From Octopus vulgaris (lineage: Eukaryota): 64,000 bases of DNA. This document shows, piece by piece, positions 29,036 to 43,042 of the stretch. Numbering within the stretch: the stretch's first letter is position 1; every line of letters starts with the position of its first letter. The notes beneath the pieces were generated by a model. The model was given only the letters and a program-made list of their open reading frames with translations, did not search any database and was not told the origin of the DNA. A program made the translations under genes and the position numbers. The DNA is taken from NCBI GenBank assembly GCA_951406725.2, contig OX597833.1, positions 61,442,001 to 61,506,000 on the forward strand, written 5' to 3'.

Positions 29036-30394
29036 TACATACATAGACTTCTTTCAGTTTCCGTCTACCAAATCCACTCACATGGCTTTGGTCGGCCCAA
29101 GACTACAGTAGAAGACACTTGCCCAAGGTGCCACACAGTGGTACTGAACCCAGAACCATGTGATTGGTAAGCAAGCTTCTTACCACACAGCCACTCCTGC
29201 ACCTACCATGCATATATGCATTCTCATTATAATGCAGCATGTGCATCCATGTATGTGCACCACATAAAAATTACATGGAAAATGTAAGCGGGGCAGGGGT
29301 TGGGGTTTTTACTCTTGTAGATATAATTCTATGTGTTGCACCAATGTATACTTGTATATGTGGGTGTGCATGTATGCGTGTACATGTGTGTGTGTGTGTG
29401 TTTAAATGTGTGTGTTTAAGTGGGTGTGTATGATAGTATGTGTGCGATTAAGCGTGTGTGTGTGTGTTTAAATGTGTGTGCATGTGTATGTATGTTTGTG
29501 TGTGTCTGTGCATGTGTATGTTTAAGGGTGTGTGTGTGTATGTGACCACATGTCTTGTGTATGTTTAAGTGTGTGTGCGTGTGAGTGAGTGCGTGTATGT
29601 GTGTGTGAGTGAGTGTGTGTGTGTGCACATGTCTGTATATGTGTAGGTTTAAGTGTGTGTGTGTTTAAGCGTGTGTGTCTGTACATGTGTGTGTTTAAGG
29701 GTGTGTGTGTGTATGTGACCATATGTCTTGCGCATGTTTATGTCTGAGTGAGTGTGTGTGTGTGTGTGTGTGTGAGTGAGTGAGTGCGTGTGTGTGTGTG
29801 TGTGTGTGCACATGTCTGTATGTGTAGGTTTAAGTGTGTGTGTAAGTTACTCATATGTTTGGGGAAGTAGAAATGTCATGTGAACAAGAGGGTCAATTTG
29901 ATTGAATAAGGTCCCCCCACTCACCCCCTCATCTCCTCTCCCCACCCCGCTACCCTGCAGTAGCAAGGTTTCCCTGTGACCTGACCTACAGCAGTATGTC
30001 ATGTAGGGAGGAGTGGGGGCAGGCAGTTATTTAAAGGGTTCTAGTGATGGTGTGTGGTGGGGGAGAGAATGGTTGGGAGAATAGCTTTGTGTGGAACGGG
30101 TGGGAGGAAAGTGGGGGATGGGGTGCAGTTATGAATGTAGGGGACAGTCCTTGCTCCCCACGGCTGTTGGAAGTGTTGTTGTGAGTGAAACAAGTAAAAG
30201 AATAAAAGAATATATATATATATATATAAGGTGTAGGAGTGGCTGTGTGGTAAGTAGCTTGCTTACCAACCACACGGTTCTGGGTTCAGTCCCACTGCGT
30301 GGCACCTTATATATATATATAGCAGAAAAGTGTGTACTTATAGATAATGGTTCACTTGCAGGTAATGATTCTGCAAAGAAGGAGGTTGCTAAAT

Positions 30395-30772
30395 AATAAT
30401 AATAATATAAATTATTGTATACAGTGCTCAGGTGCACCACAACTTGTCAGAAAGTGCGTATAGAGTATATGCAGTAATGTACAAATGTCTGGGAAGTGAA
30501 CAGTGTATGAGTCAGATACATGCTTGCGTGTGTATGTAGGGGAGAAAATTAGGTGTAGTGTTGGCGAATCTCAGAAAGCATGGAAGTTTTGAAGGATGCA
30601 GTGCTCCGACAACTAACAACTGATGCCGGCAGTTTGTTCCATGCTTCAGCAACTCTTAGCGTGAAAAAATGTTTCCTAAAGTCATGGGAGCTGTGCTGTT
30701 TACTGACTTTGTAAACATGTCCATGGGTGTTAGACGGGTGGAGTTCAAAAATGTAGAGAATGCATGAGAGGA
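30395..30772 (-). mobile_element. CR1-clade LINE 3' fragment
   Basis: HGHVYKV..RKHFFTLRVAEAWNKLPASVV..FKTSML, 3' UTR and (ATT)n tail. Confidence 0.8.
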
Positions 30773-30785
30773 GAGCCTGCCTAAC

Positions 30786-31640
30786 ATGGGCCCAAAAGAG
30801 GGACCAGATATCCATTTTAACAGTAGCTCAGTAGATATGGCAATTAAGGATATGAAGGCAGGGAAAGCCCCTGGCCCATCAGGTATCACAGCTGAGATGC
30901 TTAAAATATCTGTCGAAGTAGGATATGGTCTAGTCATGTGTGTAGTTAATCAGGTTGTCCAGGAGAGAGTCATACCCAATGACTGGTTTAGCCACATTAT
31001 AGTCAACTGCTACAAAGATAAAAGTGGCGTATTAGACAGAAATAATTACAGAGGTATCAAATTGTTGGACCAGGTGATAAAATTTACTGAAAGTGTCATA
31101 GCTCAATTAATTAAGAACAGAGTTCACCTAGATGAGATGCAATTTGGTCTTGTGCCAGGAAGAGGCATTACTGATGCCATCTCCCTGGCAAAGCAACTTC
31201 AGAAGTATCTAGCTAAAAATAAATCTCTGTATTTGACTTTTGTTGACATGGAGAAAGCCTTTGACAGGGTCCCCTGTTCCCTTATCTGATGGGCAATGTG
31301 GAAGCTAGGGATAAATGGGTGGTTGGTGAGAACTGTTCAGATCATGTACAGGGATGCTGTCAGTAAGATGAAAGTTGGCAATGAGTATAGCAAGGAATTT
31401 GGTGTACAGGTAGGAGTTCACCAAGGATCACTTTTCAGCCCTCTCTTGTGTTTCATGGTCCAGCATGACATAACAGAGAAATTTAAGACTGGGAAGAGCA
31501 TCCAGCTGTAGAAACCATGCCAAAACAGACAAAATAAAGCCCAGGCAGTGCTCCAACTTGCCATCTCCTGCCAAACTGTCCAACTCATATCAGCATCCAG
31601 AATGGATGTTCCATGATGATGATGATGATGATGTTGATGA
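30786..31640 (+). mobile_element. RTE-clade LINE reverse transcriptase fragment, internally deleted and joined to a 3' UTR tail
   Basis: KAPGPSGITAEMLK, NYRGIKLL, QFG..PGRGITDAI, FVDMEKAFDRVP and GVHQGS motifs with an internal stop. At ~31490 it joins GGAAGAGCATCCAGCTGTAGAAAC...(GAT)n. Confidence 0.88.
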
Positions 31641-31807
31641 ACAGGCTTCTTTCAGTTTCCATTGACAAAATTCACTCAAAAGGTTTTGGTCAGCCCAGAG
31701 CTATAGATCAAAACATTTTCCCAAGGTGCAAGGCAGCAGGACTGAACTCAGAACCATGTGGTCACGAAGCAAACTTCTTATGACACAACACATATCTATA
31801 CATACAT

Positions 31808-32117
31808 GAGGCGCAATGGCCTAGTGGTTAGGGCATCGGACTCGCGGTCGTAGGATCACGGTTTCGATTCCCAGAGCGGGCGTTGTGAGTGTTTATTGAG
31901 CGAAAACACCTAAAAGCTCCACGAGGCTCCGGCTGGGGGTCGTGGCGATCCCTGCTGAACTCTTTCGCCACAACTTTCTCTCACTCTTTCTTCTGTTGGC
32001 CTGCTCGCTAAGCCAGCGGGGTGGTGTCATTTGAAGGCTAAAACAATGTGAAGCGCATTGTGACCAGCGATGTGTAACAACATCTAATGGCCTGGTCGGT
32101 CACGGTGATCACGGTGA
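31808..32117 (+). mobile_element. tRNA-derived SINE (head D, tail 2)
   Basis: Shares the first ~175 bp with the 27689 copy, then has a different 3' end (AAGCGCATTGTGACC...CACGGTGAT repeats). Confidence 0.8.
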
Positions 32118-32592
32118 TATATATATATATCGTTCGTAATACTTTTTTTTCGTTCGGCTTAACAGCCCTTCTTGTCTTGTTATTTTCCTTGTCCTGTCTT
32201 TTACTGTTTATATTTTCTACTGTCGTTACTGTCCTGTTTTTGCTACCATTTTTACCCCTCTGCAAAAAGATCTCAAATTTTATTTGATTTGCTTTTCGCA
32301 GGAAGGAAAGTTTCTATCGAAGATACGTCTTGCCTTCACCTACGAAACGTAGAGTAGATGAAACCATGGCGACTGAAGAAGGGGTTTTTTCCTTGTGTTA
32401 TTTGTCCTGTACTCTATTTTTTTGTTGTTTAAGAAAAATGTCCAGTTCCTTGGGTTTGTGTCTATGTTTTCGTTTCTCATTGTGTTCGACGTTTTTGTGG
32501 TGTCCTGTACTCATATATGCATGTATATATACATGTAGAGGTAGGTACGTACATATATGTATATATATATGCATATGTTTTATTTATTAATA

Positions 32593-32686
<94 letters not shown>

Positions 32687-32689
<3 letters not shown>

Positions 32690-33027
32690 GCATGGCTCAG
32701 TGGTTAGAGCGTCGAGCTTACGATCGTGAGGTTGTGAGCTCGAATCCCGGACCGGGCTGCGTGTTGTGTTCTTGAGCAAGGCACTTTATTTCACGTTGCT
32801 CCAGTTCACTCAACTGTAGAAATGAGTTGCGACGTCACTGGTGCCAAGCTGTATCGACCTTTGTCTTTCCCTTGGATAACACTGGTGGCGTGGAGAGGGG
32901 AGGCTGGTATGCATGGGCGACTGCTGGTCTTCCATAAACAACCTTGCCCGGACTTGTGTCTAGGAGGGTAACTTTCTAGGTGCAATCCCATGGTCATTCA
33001 TGACCGAAGGGGGTCTTTACCCTTTTT
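32687..33027 (+). mobile_element. tRNA/CORE-like SINE with a further tail type
   Basis: TGGCTCAGTGG A-box, GCTCGAATCCC B-box, TTCTTGAGCAAGGCACTT core; a tail fragment also at 56770-56835 (-). Confidence 0.8.
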
Positions 33028-33316
33028 TATATATATATAGGGTCATTATCGAACCTGGCGCTTAACCAAGGTCTATCCATAGCACTTACTTAGCATTACC
33101 CAACATCTTTTGGGTCTTCTTGACACCAATACATTTCATACCCTCGATAGATATATATATATATATATACACACACACATATGTATGGCATGTAAAAAGC
33201 ACCCACTACACTCATGGAGTGGTTGGTGTTAGGAAGGGCTGTAGAGACCTTGTCAAATCAGATTGGAACTTGGTGCAGCATTGATGATGATGATATATAT
33301 ATATGTTTGTGTGTAT

Positions 33317-33355
<39 letters not shown>

Positions 33356-33474
33356 TGTGTGTGTGTCTGTGTGTATGTATGTATATATATATATATATAC
33401 TTTATTAATAAAGCTGCAAATACATCACAAAAACTGTTACTCAGAGTTTCACATTCTTATTCGCGGGACAGTTT

Positions 33475-33515
<41 letters not shown>

Positions 33516-33759
33516 ACACGCATGTACATGTTTGTGTGTTGTGTGTGTGTGAATATATACGAGTGACGGTGTTCCCTGAGATCAAACCCTAAATACATGT
33601 AAAATATAATCTAAAACCTGAGTTAAACCAGGCCAATCTACTACTGGCCACCATCACCACTATTCACCAATACTCGTCTTCTCTACAATCATATAATGTT
33701 TAAAATAACATAACACACACACATTCACATATACACTTATATATGCATCACATATTTAC

Positions 33760-33846
<87 letters not shown>

Positions 33847-33967
33847 ATATATATATAGATATATTATATATACATATACATATACATATACACACACACA
33901 CACATATATATATATAATATATATAAATACGCATACACATATACATATGAATATATACATCTGTATG

Positions 33968-34001
<34 letters not shown>

Positions 34002-34416
34002 ATGAGAGAGAGAGAGAGAGAGAGAGAAAGATATATATACACATATATACATACTTATACACATAAAAGCACATGTAGATATATATAGACATATACGTAG
34101 ACGTACATATGTATACATACATCCACATATACACACATATGTATGTTTCTACGTATATATGTGTGCTTACATGTCTGAATATGTGTGTGTATACGTGTGC
34201 ATATATGTGTGTATGAGTGTGCATGCCTGTATGTGTGCCTGCGTACATGTGTGTTTGTGAGAAGAGACCGCTCCATCAAGTTTGCTGCGCCTCTGACTGA
34301 CAGCTGGGAAAATGGAAGCCATGTGTTCTTCAGAGGATGTAAGTTGTAAGTCTGGCTGTTTCACAGACTCCACCACACTAAGTAGGACGTGAACACACCA
34401 TCTTCTAATGTTTGGT

Positions 34417-34461
<45 letters not shown>

Positions 34462-35604
34462 CACACACGTGCACACACACTTGCACAAACATACCCACAC
34501 ACACATATACACACACACAAATACACAGAAACACACACATACACACAAGCACACACACATACCCACACACACATATACACTCATACAAACACACACACAA
34601 ACACACATACACATGAGAGCACCTTAACAAAAACACACTCACACAAACACACACACACACTCACACACATACAGAAACACAGACATGTACAACACACACA
34701 CAGTATTATATAACACAGACTCACACCACTACAAAAGGCAATATACCACACGCACTCATACACACACATGCAGACATACAAGATACAACATGTACACTCA
34801 TACACATACATGCATGCACACACACACACACACTCATACATACACTGATCTATAGAAAGTTTTTTGCCACCCATTGACTTTTAATTGTTTTGTAATTATT
34901 AAGAGGTTTCCTTCCGAATCCCATGGTTTCAGGTTCAGTCCAACTGTGAGGCACCTTGGGCAAGCATCTTCTGCTATAGCCTTGGGCCGTCGTATATATA
35001 TATATATATTATATAAATAAATGAAAGAATGGAGTTGAATGAAGATTTAACAAAATTCCTTTATTCTCGACATATGTTTCGAAGGCTGCATATTCCTAAT
35101 TCCGAAGGAATAAGAGGTGCATTATGCCGCCTTTCAACTCCATTCTTTCATTTATTTGTATTAAAAAAACACACAAATTTCCACACGAAAGCACGTGATC
35201 TCTGCCCTTGCCATGTAGCTTCAACCGTGTTTTTCTGACATGAATTTGCTACCCAGGCATCGGTTAACCGAATTATCCATACTAATACATGTATGTATGT
35301 ACGTATGTATGTATATGTGCATGTGTATTTATGTTTGGGTGTCTGTGTTTGTCCCCCTAACATCATTGACAACCATAGCTGGTGTGTTTACGTCCCTGTA
35401 ACTTAGCAGTTCAGCAAAAGAGACCAATAGAATAAGGTTTACAAAGAATAAGTCCTGGTGTCATTTTGCTCGACTAAAAGTGTTGCTCCGGCATGGCTAC
35501 AGTCAAATGACTGAAACAAGTAAAAAGAATAAAAGAATATATATATATACATATATATATATACATACATACATATATAGAGAAAGAGGGAGAGAGGGAT
35601 GGTA

Positions 35605-36200
35605 CAGTGAATAAACTGTCGTCTAAATTATGCGAAAATGAAAATAACACTGACATCTCATTTTAACAGATATATGTACCAACATTACATAAAAATATCT
35701 TGAAATACTAAAGAGTAAATTTATTCAATAAAATTGCCATTGGCTTCAATCATGGCCTCCAGACCAGTTCGGAATCTCCTGCAACTCTTCTGGACAGTCT
35801 CCTTGTTTAAGTTGGTGAATGCTGCCATAATCCTTGTCTTTGGTTCAACTTTGATGTTACAAGGAATTTTGTTGGTCTCTCACTCAACTGTGGCCCAAAC
35901 ATAATAACCAAGGGGGTTGCAATCTGGGGAGTTAAGGTGGCCAGATGTTATGGGTGATGTGGTCACAGAAATTGTCTGACAGCCATAACAGGGTTCTCCT
36001 GCTTGTGTGGCATAGTGCAGAGTCCTGTTGCCAGACATAGGGTCTTTCAGCAGCCATCCTCTTGACCCAGGGTGGCACTACTTCCTCCAGACACTTGATG
36101 TAGGCCTCCATGTGGGAAGATGAATGGAGGCATAATGATCTCTCTAAACACCATGATGTTTGGTTTTTATCCCTCTCAGTACACACCCTCAAATTGCGCT
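35605..36200 (-). mobile_element. Tc1/mariner-superfamily (maT/DD37D-like) transposase relic
   Basis: PYVWQQDSA.CHTSR..WLSDNF....IWPP, followed by frameshifted SPD.NPL.YYVW; TA+CAGTG end at 35603-35609. Confidence 0.75.
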
Positions 36201-38767
36201 GCCCTCAGATTGACACCCACACACTCTGAAATGTTCATATTGTGAAGTCAGTTATGTAATAACATAAAATTAGTTACCCGATAATAAGAATTCAAATCTA
36301 GTAGCCCAGAAAAGGTCCTTAATGCATTCCCAGAATATATAGAACTGAGGAGGAAATACTAATAATGTATATGTACTAAAATTGTGAAGCATGTTATGTA
36401 ATAACAGGCTAATCAGATATGAGATAATAACAATTCAAAGTAAATAACTCTGCAAAAGGCTTTTGTGCGTCTCCAGAGAATATTACCCTCAGCGGTGCTA
36501 GTGTGGGAATATTCATGAATAAGTCACTAACATTAGGGCTCGGGCAAATAAAATAATGCAGGGTGGACATACGAAAGTAAACAACAGTAATTTGAAACGA
36601 TAGATAAAGACAATAATTAAATAAATAAATAAATAAATAAATATAGCCTTGGGGTCAAACATGAGAATGATGGATTAACACCTGTGAAAATATATATATT
36701 ATCATCATCATCATCATCATCATCTAATGTCCCTTTTTCCAAGCTGGCATGTGTTAGATGGTTTGACAAGAACAGATGAACTAAAGGGCTGCACTGAGCC
36801 CCGATATCTACTTTGGTATGGTTTCTAAAGCTTGATTCTTGATGGCCCCCACCCCAAAAAACCACCAACCACTTTACAGTGAGTCCTGGGGGCGCTTTCG
36901 GTGACACCATCAATGGTGAGGTCACAAAATGCTAGCAAGACCCTTTAACTGAGTGGGGTATAGGCTCTTTAAATGACACCAGCACTGGTGAGGTCACTAA
37001 ATGCTTGCAAGACCCTTTAACTGAGTGGGGTATGATATAGTGGGGTGTGAAAGTATGATAGAGGGAGAGGAACAGGTGACTTGCTGAAGGGGTGAATACA
37101 TGGCTTCCCAATCTCGAGAGAGAAAGATGTGAGGTGAAGGTACAAGGTGAATACGGGAGAATAGCAATTTCTTCGAGAAAGGACAACATGGGACAGTGTG
37201 GTCTTGGAGGATTAGTTCCTTGTATATAGAGACAAGACAGGATGGTCATGCTAGGATTGCCTTTGATCAGAAGTATACTGGATCAAGGTTGAGCAGGGGT
37301 TAAAGAACAACAACAACAACAACCACATTATCATTATGTCAAGTTATCCCATGCTACAACTGTCTCCACATCAAAAATAATGACCACCCACACTATTGGC
37401 ATGCTACCACCACCACGACCACCACCACATTAATTTCTATGCCATAATTATAAGAGAGGCTAAACATTATAAGAGGACTTTGACCCTCCTACTCCTATCC
37501 TTCCTCCTTCCTTTCTCGCTGGGGTTGACAAAGATATTAAAAACAAAATAAAAAAGGGACAAAGAATATTTTCTAATACAAAATGAGTTTCACATGGGAC
37601 CTGGGAGAGTATGGGATTATCCTTTAATCCGTGCCCCTCTTTGAGAATTGTTATTGTGTTTATAAAAGGGAACACATCCCGAAGCAGTTTTTTCTAGTTG
37701 TAAACAACCAACTGTATTTTGTTTTTGTTTTTGTTTTTGTTTTTGTTTTTTTTGTTTGTTTGGTGTGTGATTATGTGATTATGCAGGGCAATGATGATGA
37801 TGATGATGGTGGTGCTGCTGCTGTTACTGCTGCTGCTGCTGCTGGGTAGAAGTGTTGGTGGTGGTAGTGGTGACGACAATGATGGTGATGATGATGATGA
37901 AGATGATGATGATGATGGTGGTGGTGGTGGTGGTGGAGGTGGTGGTGGTGGTGGTGGTGGGTGGTGGTGGTGGTGGTGGTGGTGGTGGTGGTGGTGGTGC
38001 CGAAGATGATGATGATGGTGAAAGTGGTTGTGGTGGTAGTGGTGGTGGTGGCGTTGGTGATGGTGGTGGTGGTGGTGGTGAAGATGATGATAGTGAAAGT
38101 GGTTGTGGTGGTAGTGGTGGTGGTGGCCTGGGTGGTGGTGGTGGTGAAGGTGGTTGTGGTGGGTGGTGATGGTGGTGGTGTGGGTGATGTGGGTGGTGGT
38201 GGTGGTGGTGATGAGGAAGACGATGATTATGATAGTGATGGTGATTGTGGTGGGTTGATAGCAGTGCTTGCAATGGCAATGACAATGATGATGGTGACAA
38301 TGATGATGGTGGTGGTGGTGGTGGTGGTGTGGTGGTGGTGGTGGTGGTGGTGGTGGTGGTGGTGGTGGTGGTAGTGGTGGTGGTGGTGGTGGTGTGAGCT
38401 AGTGTAGTGGCATTGATGATGCCAACAATGATGATGATGATGATGGTGACAATGTAACAAACAGGTTTACATAAGTTACCTTCATCAACAAGTGTTTTTT
38501 GTGTCTTTTTTTGTTGTCAAATCTGAAGTTGTATTTGTACAGGTGACAAGCTGCACTGACAGATTACATATATATTATGTATGTGTGTGTGTGTCTGTGG
38601 GGGTGGTCATCCCCACTATTGGCGAAATCTCATTTTTATATTTTTTGTATTTATTGTCTTTGTTTTTCTAATTGTTTATACATTGTTTTGTGTAAAACCC
38701 TCACTGTCCCCATCTACTGTATTGTCCCCTATATGTTGGACCTAGTGGCCAATAATTATTATTATTA

Positions 38768-38798
<31 letters not shown>

Positions 38799-38848
38799 CA
38801 TTATTATTGTTGTTGTTGTTGTTGTTATTATCATCATCATTATTACTA

Positions 38849-38898
<50 letters not shown>

Positions 38899-38900
<2 letters not shown>

Positions 38901-39267
38901 GGCAGCGAGCTGGCAGAATTGTTAGCATATTCAGCAGCATTTTGTCCATCTGAGTTCTAAGTTCAAATGCCACTGAGGTTGGCTTTGCCAATCATCCTTT
39001 CATTGTTGATAAAATAAGTACCAGCTGAGTACTGGGGTCAATGTAATTGACCATCCTCCATGCACAAGCAGAATCATTAGCACACCGGGTGAAATGCTTA
39101 ACGGCATTTCGTCTGACTTTATGTTCTTGGTTGAAATTCCATCAGGGTCGACTTTGCCTTTCATCCTTTTGGGGTCGATAAATTAAGTACCAGTGAAACA
39201 CTGGGGTTGATGTAATCAATTAGTTCCCTCCCCCAAAATTTCAGGCCTTGTGCTTTTAGTAGAAAGG

Positions 39268-39270
<3 letters not shown>
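38899..39270 (+). mobile_element. Tandem SINEs, family F (Deu/Nin-like central domain)
   Basis: GGCAGCGAGCTGGCAGAA head and GTCGACTTTGCCTTTCATCCTTTTGGGGTCGATAAATTAAGTACCAG domain. Other copies at 20178-20410 (+) and 55440-55610 (-). Confidence 0.72.
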
Positions 39271-39307
<37 letters not shown>

Positions 39308-39309
<2 letters not shown>

Positions 39310-39690
39310 GAGTGAGAGAGCAGTGCATGCCATCAAAGTGACACTGGGATACAAATATATGAAGCTCAGTATGACTACCCGTCTGATAAAGGTATTCCAA
39401 ACACATGTATCTCAACCATATGTGCACGACATGGTGACCTTATATCAAGAGAAACAGTGTATGACCTTGCAGGTGGGTGTCCAGTTAGAATTTTCTTCAG
39501 GTCTAGTAGCTTATCCTGCTCAAAAGATCCTTGATTGAGGGTTGCTTTAGGATGTTGAACGAAATACCCATGTTTCCCAAGGTGAATTATTCAAACCCCA
39601 AGGAACTCCTCTCAACACATGGCTATGATGCGCCCCCACTACTTCTGCTCGTGATCAGAGATGCATATATTGTCAACCACTAAGGGAACG
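39308..39690. mobile_element. Family C, left part
   Basis: (ATT)n|GAGTGAGAGAGCAGTGCATGCC start; body matches 1-250. Confidence 0.72.
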
Positions 39691-40124
39691 GCTCTCAGTG
39701 GAGAATGATGGTGGTGGTTGTGGTGGTGGGAATGATGCTGATGATCATATTGATAATGATGATGTTGATGATGATGATGAGGAGGAGGAGGAGGGTGTTG
39801 ATGATAGGGGCAGTGCCAGTGATGATGGTAATAGCGTTAATAATGGTGGTGTTGATGATGATGATAACAACAATGACATGACAATGATGTTCGCAACAGC
39901 AATGATGATGATGATAAAAACAGCACTCATCAAAACTTCAGTCATTCAGTAATTAAAAAAAATAAGTTCATTTGTAATTAAATTGAAATTCCAGATTTTA
40001 TTCAACTTCACAATTAAATTTCAGTTAATAATAATTATTTAATAAATATTGTTGCAATTCATTTTTATTTTTTAATATTATTTATTCATTATTATCATTA
40101 TTATTTAAAAAAAATTTTATTATA

Positions 40125-40179
<55 letters not shown>

Positions 40180-40609
40180 CTTTATCATTATCTTTATTAT
40201 TATTATTATTATTATAATTATTATTATTTATTTATTTATTTATATATATATTTATTTATTTATTTTTAAAATTTTATTTTGCCTTCTTGGATTTCAGATT
40301 ACGAAAATATATCAGTTTCAGATGTCCTCCTCACCTCCATTGTCTCCCTTCTTCCTAAAACAGAAGCCATCATCATCATCATTATTATAATTATTCGTTC
40401 ATCGTTTAACATCTGCTTTCCAATGCTAGCATGGGTTGGACGATTTGACTGAGGTCTGGCGAACCGGATGGCTGCACCAGGCTCCAATCTGATCTGGCAG
40501 AGTTTCTACAGCTGGATGCCCTTCCTAACACCAACCACTCCAAGAGTGTAGTGGGTGCTTTTACGTGCCACCTGCACAGGGGCCAGAGGGGGCTGGCAAT
40601 GACCATCAT

Positions 40610-41080
40610 AACTACCAGTCTGATAAGGATACACCAGGTACATACATCACAACCATACATGTGCAACATAGTGATCTCATATCAAAATAAACAGTGCATG
40701 ACCTTGCAGTTAGAATTTTCTTCAGGTTGAGTAATCTATCCCACTCAAAAGGACCCTGAATAAGTGTTGTTTAAGGATGTTGAACAAAACACCCATATTT
40801 CAAAAGGTGAATTATCCAAACCCCAAAGAAATCCTCTCAACACATAGTTATGATGCTCCCCCACTACTTCTGCTCACGATCAGAGATGCACATATCATCG
40901 GCCACTAAGGGACATGCTCAACTGGTTATGGTCAAACAACTGACAAGCAAATCTGTAGTATTGAGCAGAATATTTGTTGTAGCCCACCTTTTATACCAAG
41001 ACAAAACAATGTACATTATAACACTTCCAATCAGTTAAGATCAGAAGCCACGAGAGCCACTGCATGGTACTGCATCAGGG

Positions 41081-41085
<5 letters not shown>
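40610..41085. mobile_element. Family C
   Basis: Colinear with 1-430 and ends at (ATT)n. Confidence 0.75.
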
Positions 41086-41120
<35 letters not shown>

Positions 41121-41139
41121 TTCTTTCTTTTCTTTCTTT

Positions 41140-41524
41140 CTTTTACTTGTTTCAGTCATTTGACTGCGGCCATGCTGGAGCACCGCCTTTAGTCGAGCAA
41201 ATTGACCTCGGGACGTATTCTTTGTAAGCCTAGTACTTATTCTATTGGTCTCTTTTGCCGAACCACTAAGTGACGGGGACGTAAACACACCAGCATCAGT
41301 TGTCAAGTAATGCTAGGGGGACAAACACAGGCACACAAACATACACGCACATATATATATATATATACGACAGACTTCTTTCAGTTTCCGTCTACCAAAT
41401 CCACTCACAAGGCATTGGTCGGCCCGGGGCTATAGCAGAAGACACTTGCCCAAGATGCCACGCAGTGGGACTGAACCCGGAACCATGTGGTTGGTTAGCA
41501 AGCTACTTACCACATAGCCACTCC

Positions 41525-41525
<1 letters not shown>
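41140..41525 (-). mobile_element. SINE family A
   Basis: Full-length reverse copy between (ATT)n tracts. Confidence 0.85.
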
Positions 41526-41587
<62 letters not shown>

Positions 41588-42710
41588 AGTGACACTAGAG
41601 TAAAATATACGAAGCCCAGTATACACATCATGACTACCTGTCTGATAAGGGTACACCAGGCACATGCATCACAACCATATGCGCGTGACATGGTGATTTC
41701 ATATCAAGGTCATGCGCTGTTTACCTTGATATGAAATCACCATGTTAGAAACTGGGACCCAGTTAGAATTTTCTTCTGGTCGAGTAACCCATCCCACTCA
41801 AAAGTTCCCTGAATTATTATTATTATTATTATTATTATTATCATCATCATCATCATTTTCATCACCATTATTTTCATGACAAATCATTTTTGGATGTTAA
41901 CATTCTGAGACAATGTAATTATCTTTGTTGTGAGAATTTAATAATCTTAATGTGGTAATTATCATATTAACAGATTTATTATTTTATTTAATCCTCATCC
42001 TCTCAATCGGTAAATAAAATATATGACTTCAACAGTTTGATGCCATTCACACCAGCCTTTAATAGTTCAATGCCATCGACCAATTTACGCATAGTACCAA
42101 AGAACCATTTTTGTCAGCTTTCCTTCAACTGTTCCATGTCACCTATTCTTTGACTGTCCAAACTTTTGCTCTCCCAAGGGGTCTCCAGCTTTATGTTTAA
42201 CTTTGATACTTTGGTACCACACTCTGGTCAATTCAAAGTATGGGTCCGACCCATCTGAGCGACTTGGGTTTTATTTCAAGGGCCAGATTTGCATTTACAA
42301 TGCAGTCCTTCATTTGACATTTAGTCGAACCAGAAGATATGGATGATGCATTTACATACCCGTAACTTATCAGTTCGGCAAAAGAGACTGATAGAATAAG
42401 TACCGGGTTAACAAAGAATAAGTCCTGGGGTCGATTTGCTCAACTAAAGGTGGTGCTCCAGCATGGTCACAGTTCAACACCCATGGTGGAAAGTATTAAA
42501 GCTATTTATGATATATATATATGTATGTATATGTCACTGTACCACTGTATTGACCAGAATATTAATTGTTGTTATAGACTGCTGGTGACAATGTATTTCC
42601 AATTGCTTCTTCATGGTGACATTCTTATCCACTTTGAGCCCAAGAAATCATCTTCCCATCATCATAGAGACAGCCTCCTAATTTGCAATAGATATATATG
42701 CCCATATATA

Positions 42711-42747
<37 letters not shown>

Positions 42748-42749
42748 AT

Positions 42750-42983
42750 ATTATATTATATTATATTATATTATATTATATTATATTATATTACATCATA
42801 TTATTAATATATTATATATTAGATTATATTAGATTATATTATGTTATTTTGTATTATATTATATTATATTATATTATATTATATTATATTATATTATATT
42901 ATATTACATCATATTATATTATATTATATTATATTACATTATATTATATTATATTATATTAGATTAGATTATATTATATTAGA
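42750..42983. repeat. (TATTA)n pentanucleotide array
   Basis: Direct inspection. Confidence 0.93.
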
Positions 42984-43042
42984 TGTACTGTAAACAGTCT
43001 TTGATAGAGAACTCAATATGTTGCATAGAGTAGATAGCTACA

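Noticed and set aside
32310-32360. Hammerhead-like CTATCGA...GAAACGTA (also 33434-33471 and 1141-1157)
   Set aside because: Core or stem II too degenerate or incomplete to call; possibly dead relatives.
42000-42350. Possible further TRIM exon
   Set aside because: The minus-strand frames examined are interrupted by stops, with no NHL-like motif or convincing splice pair.
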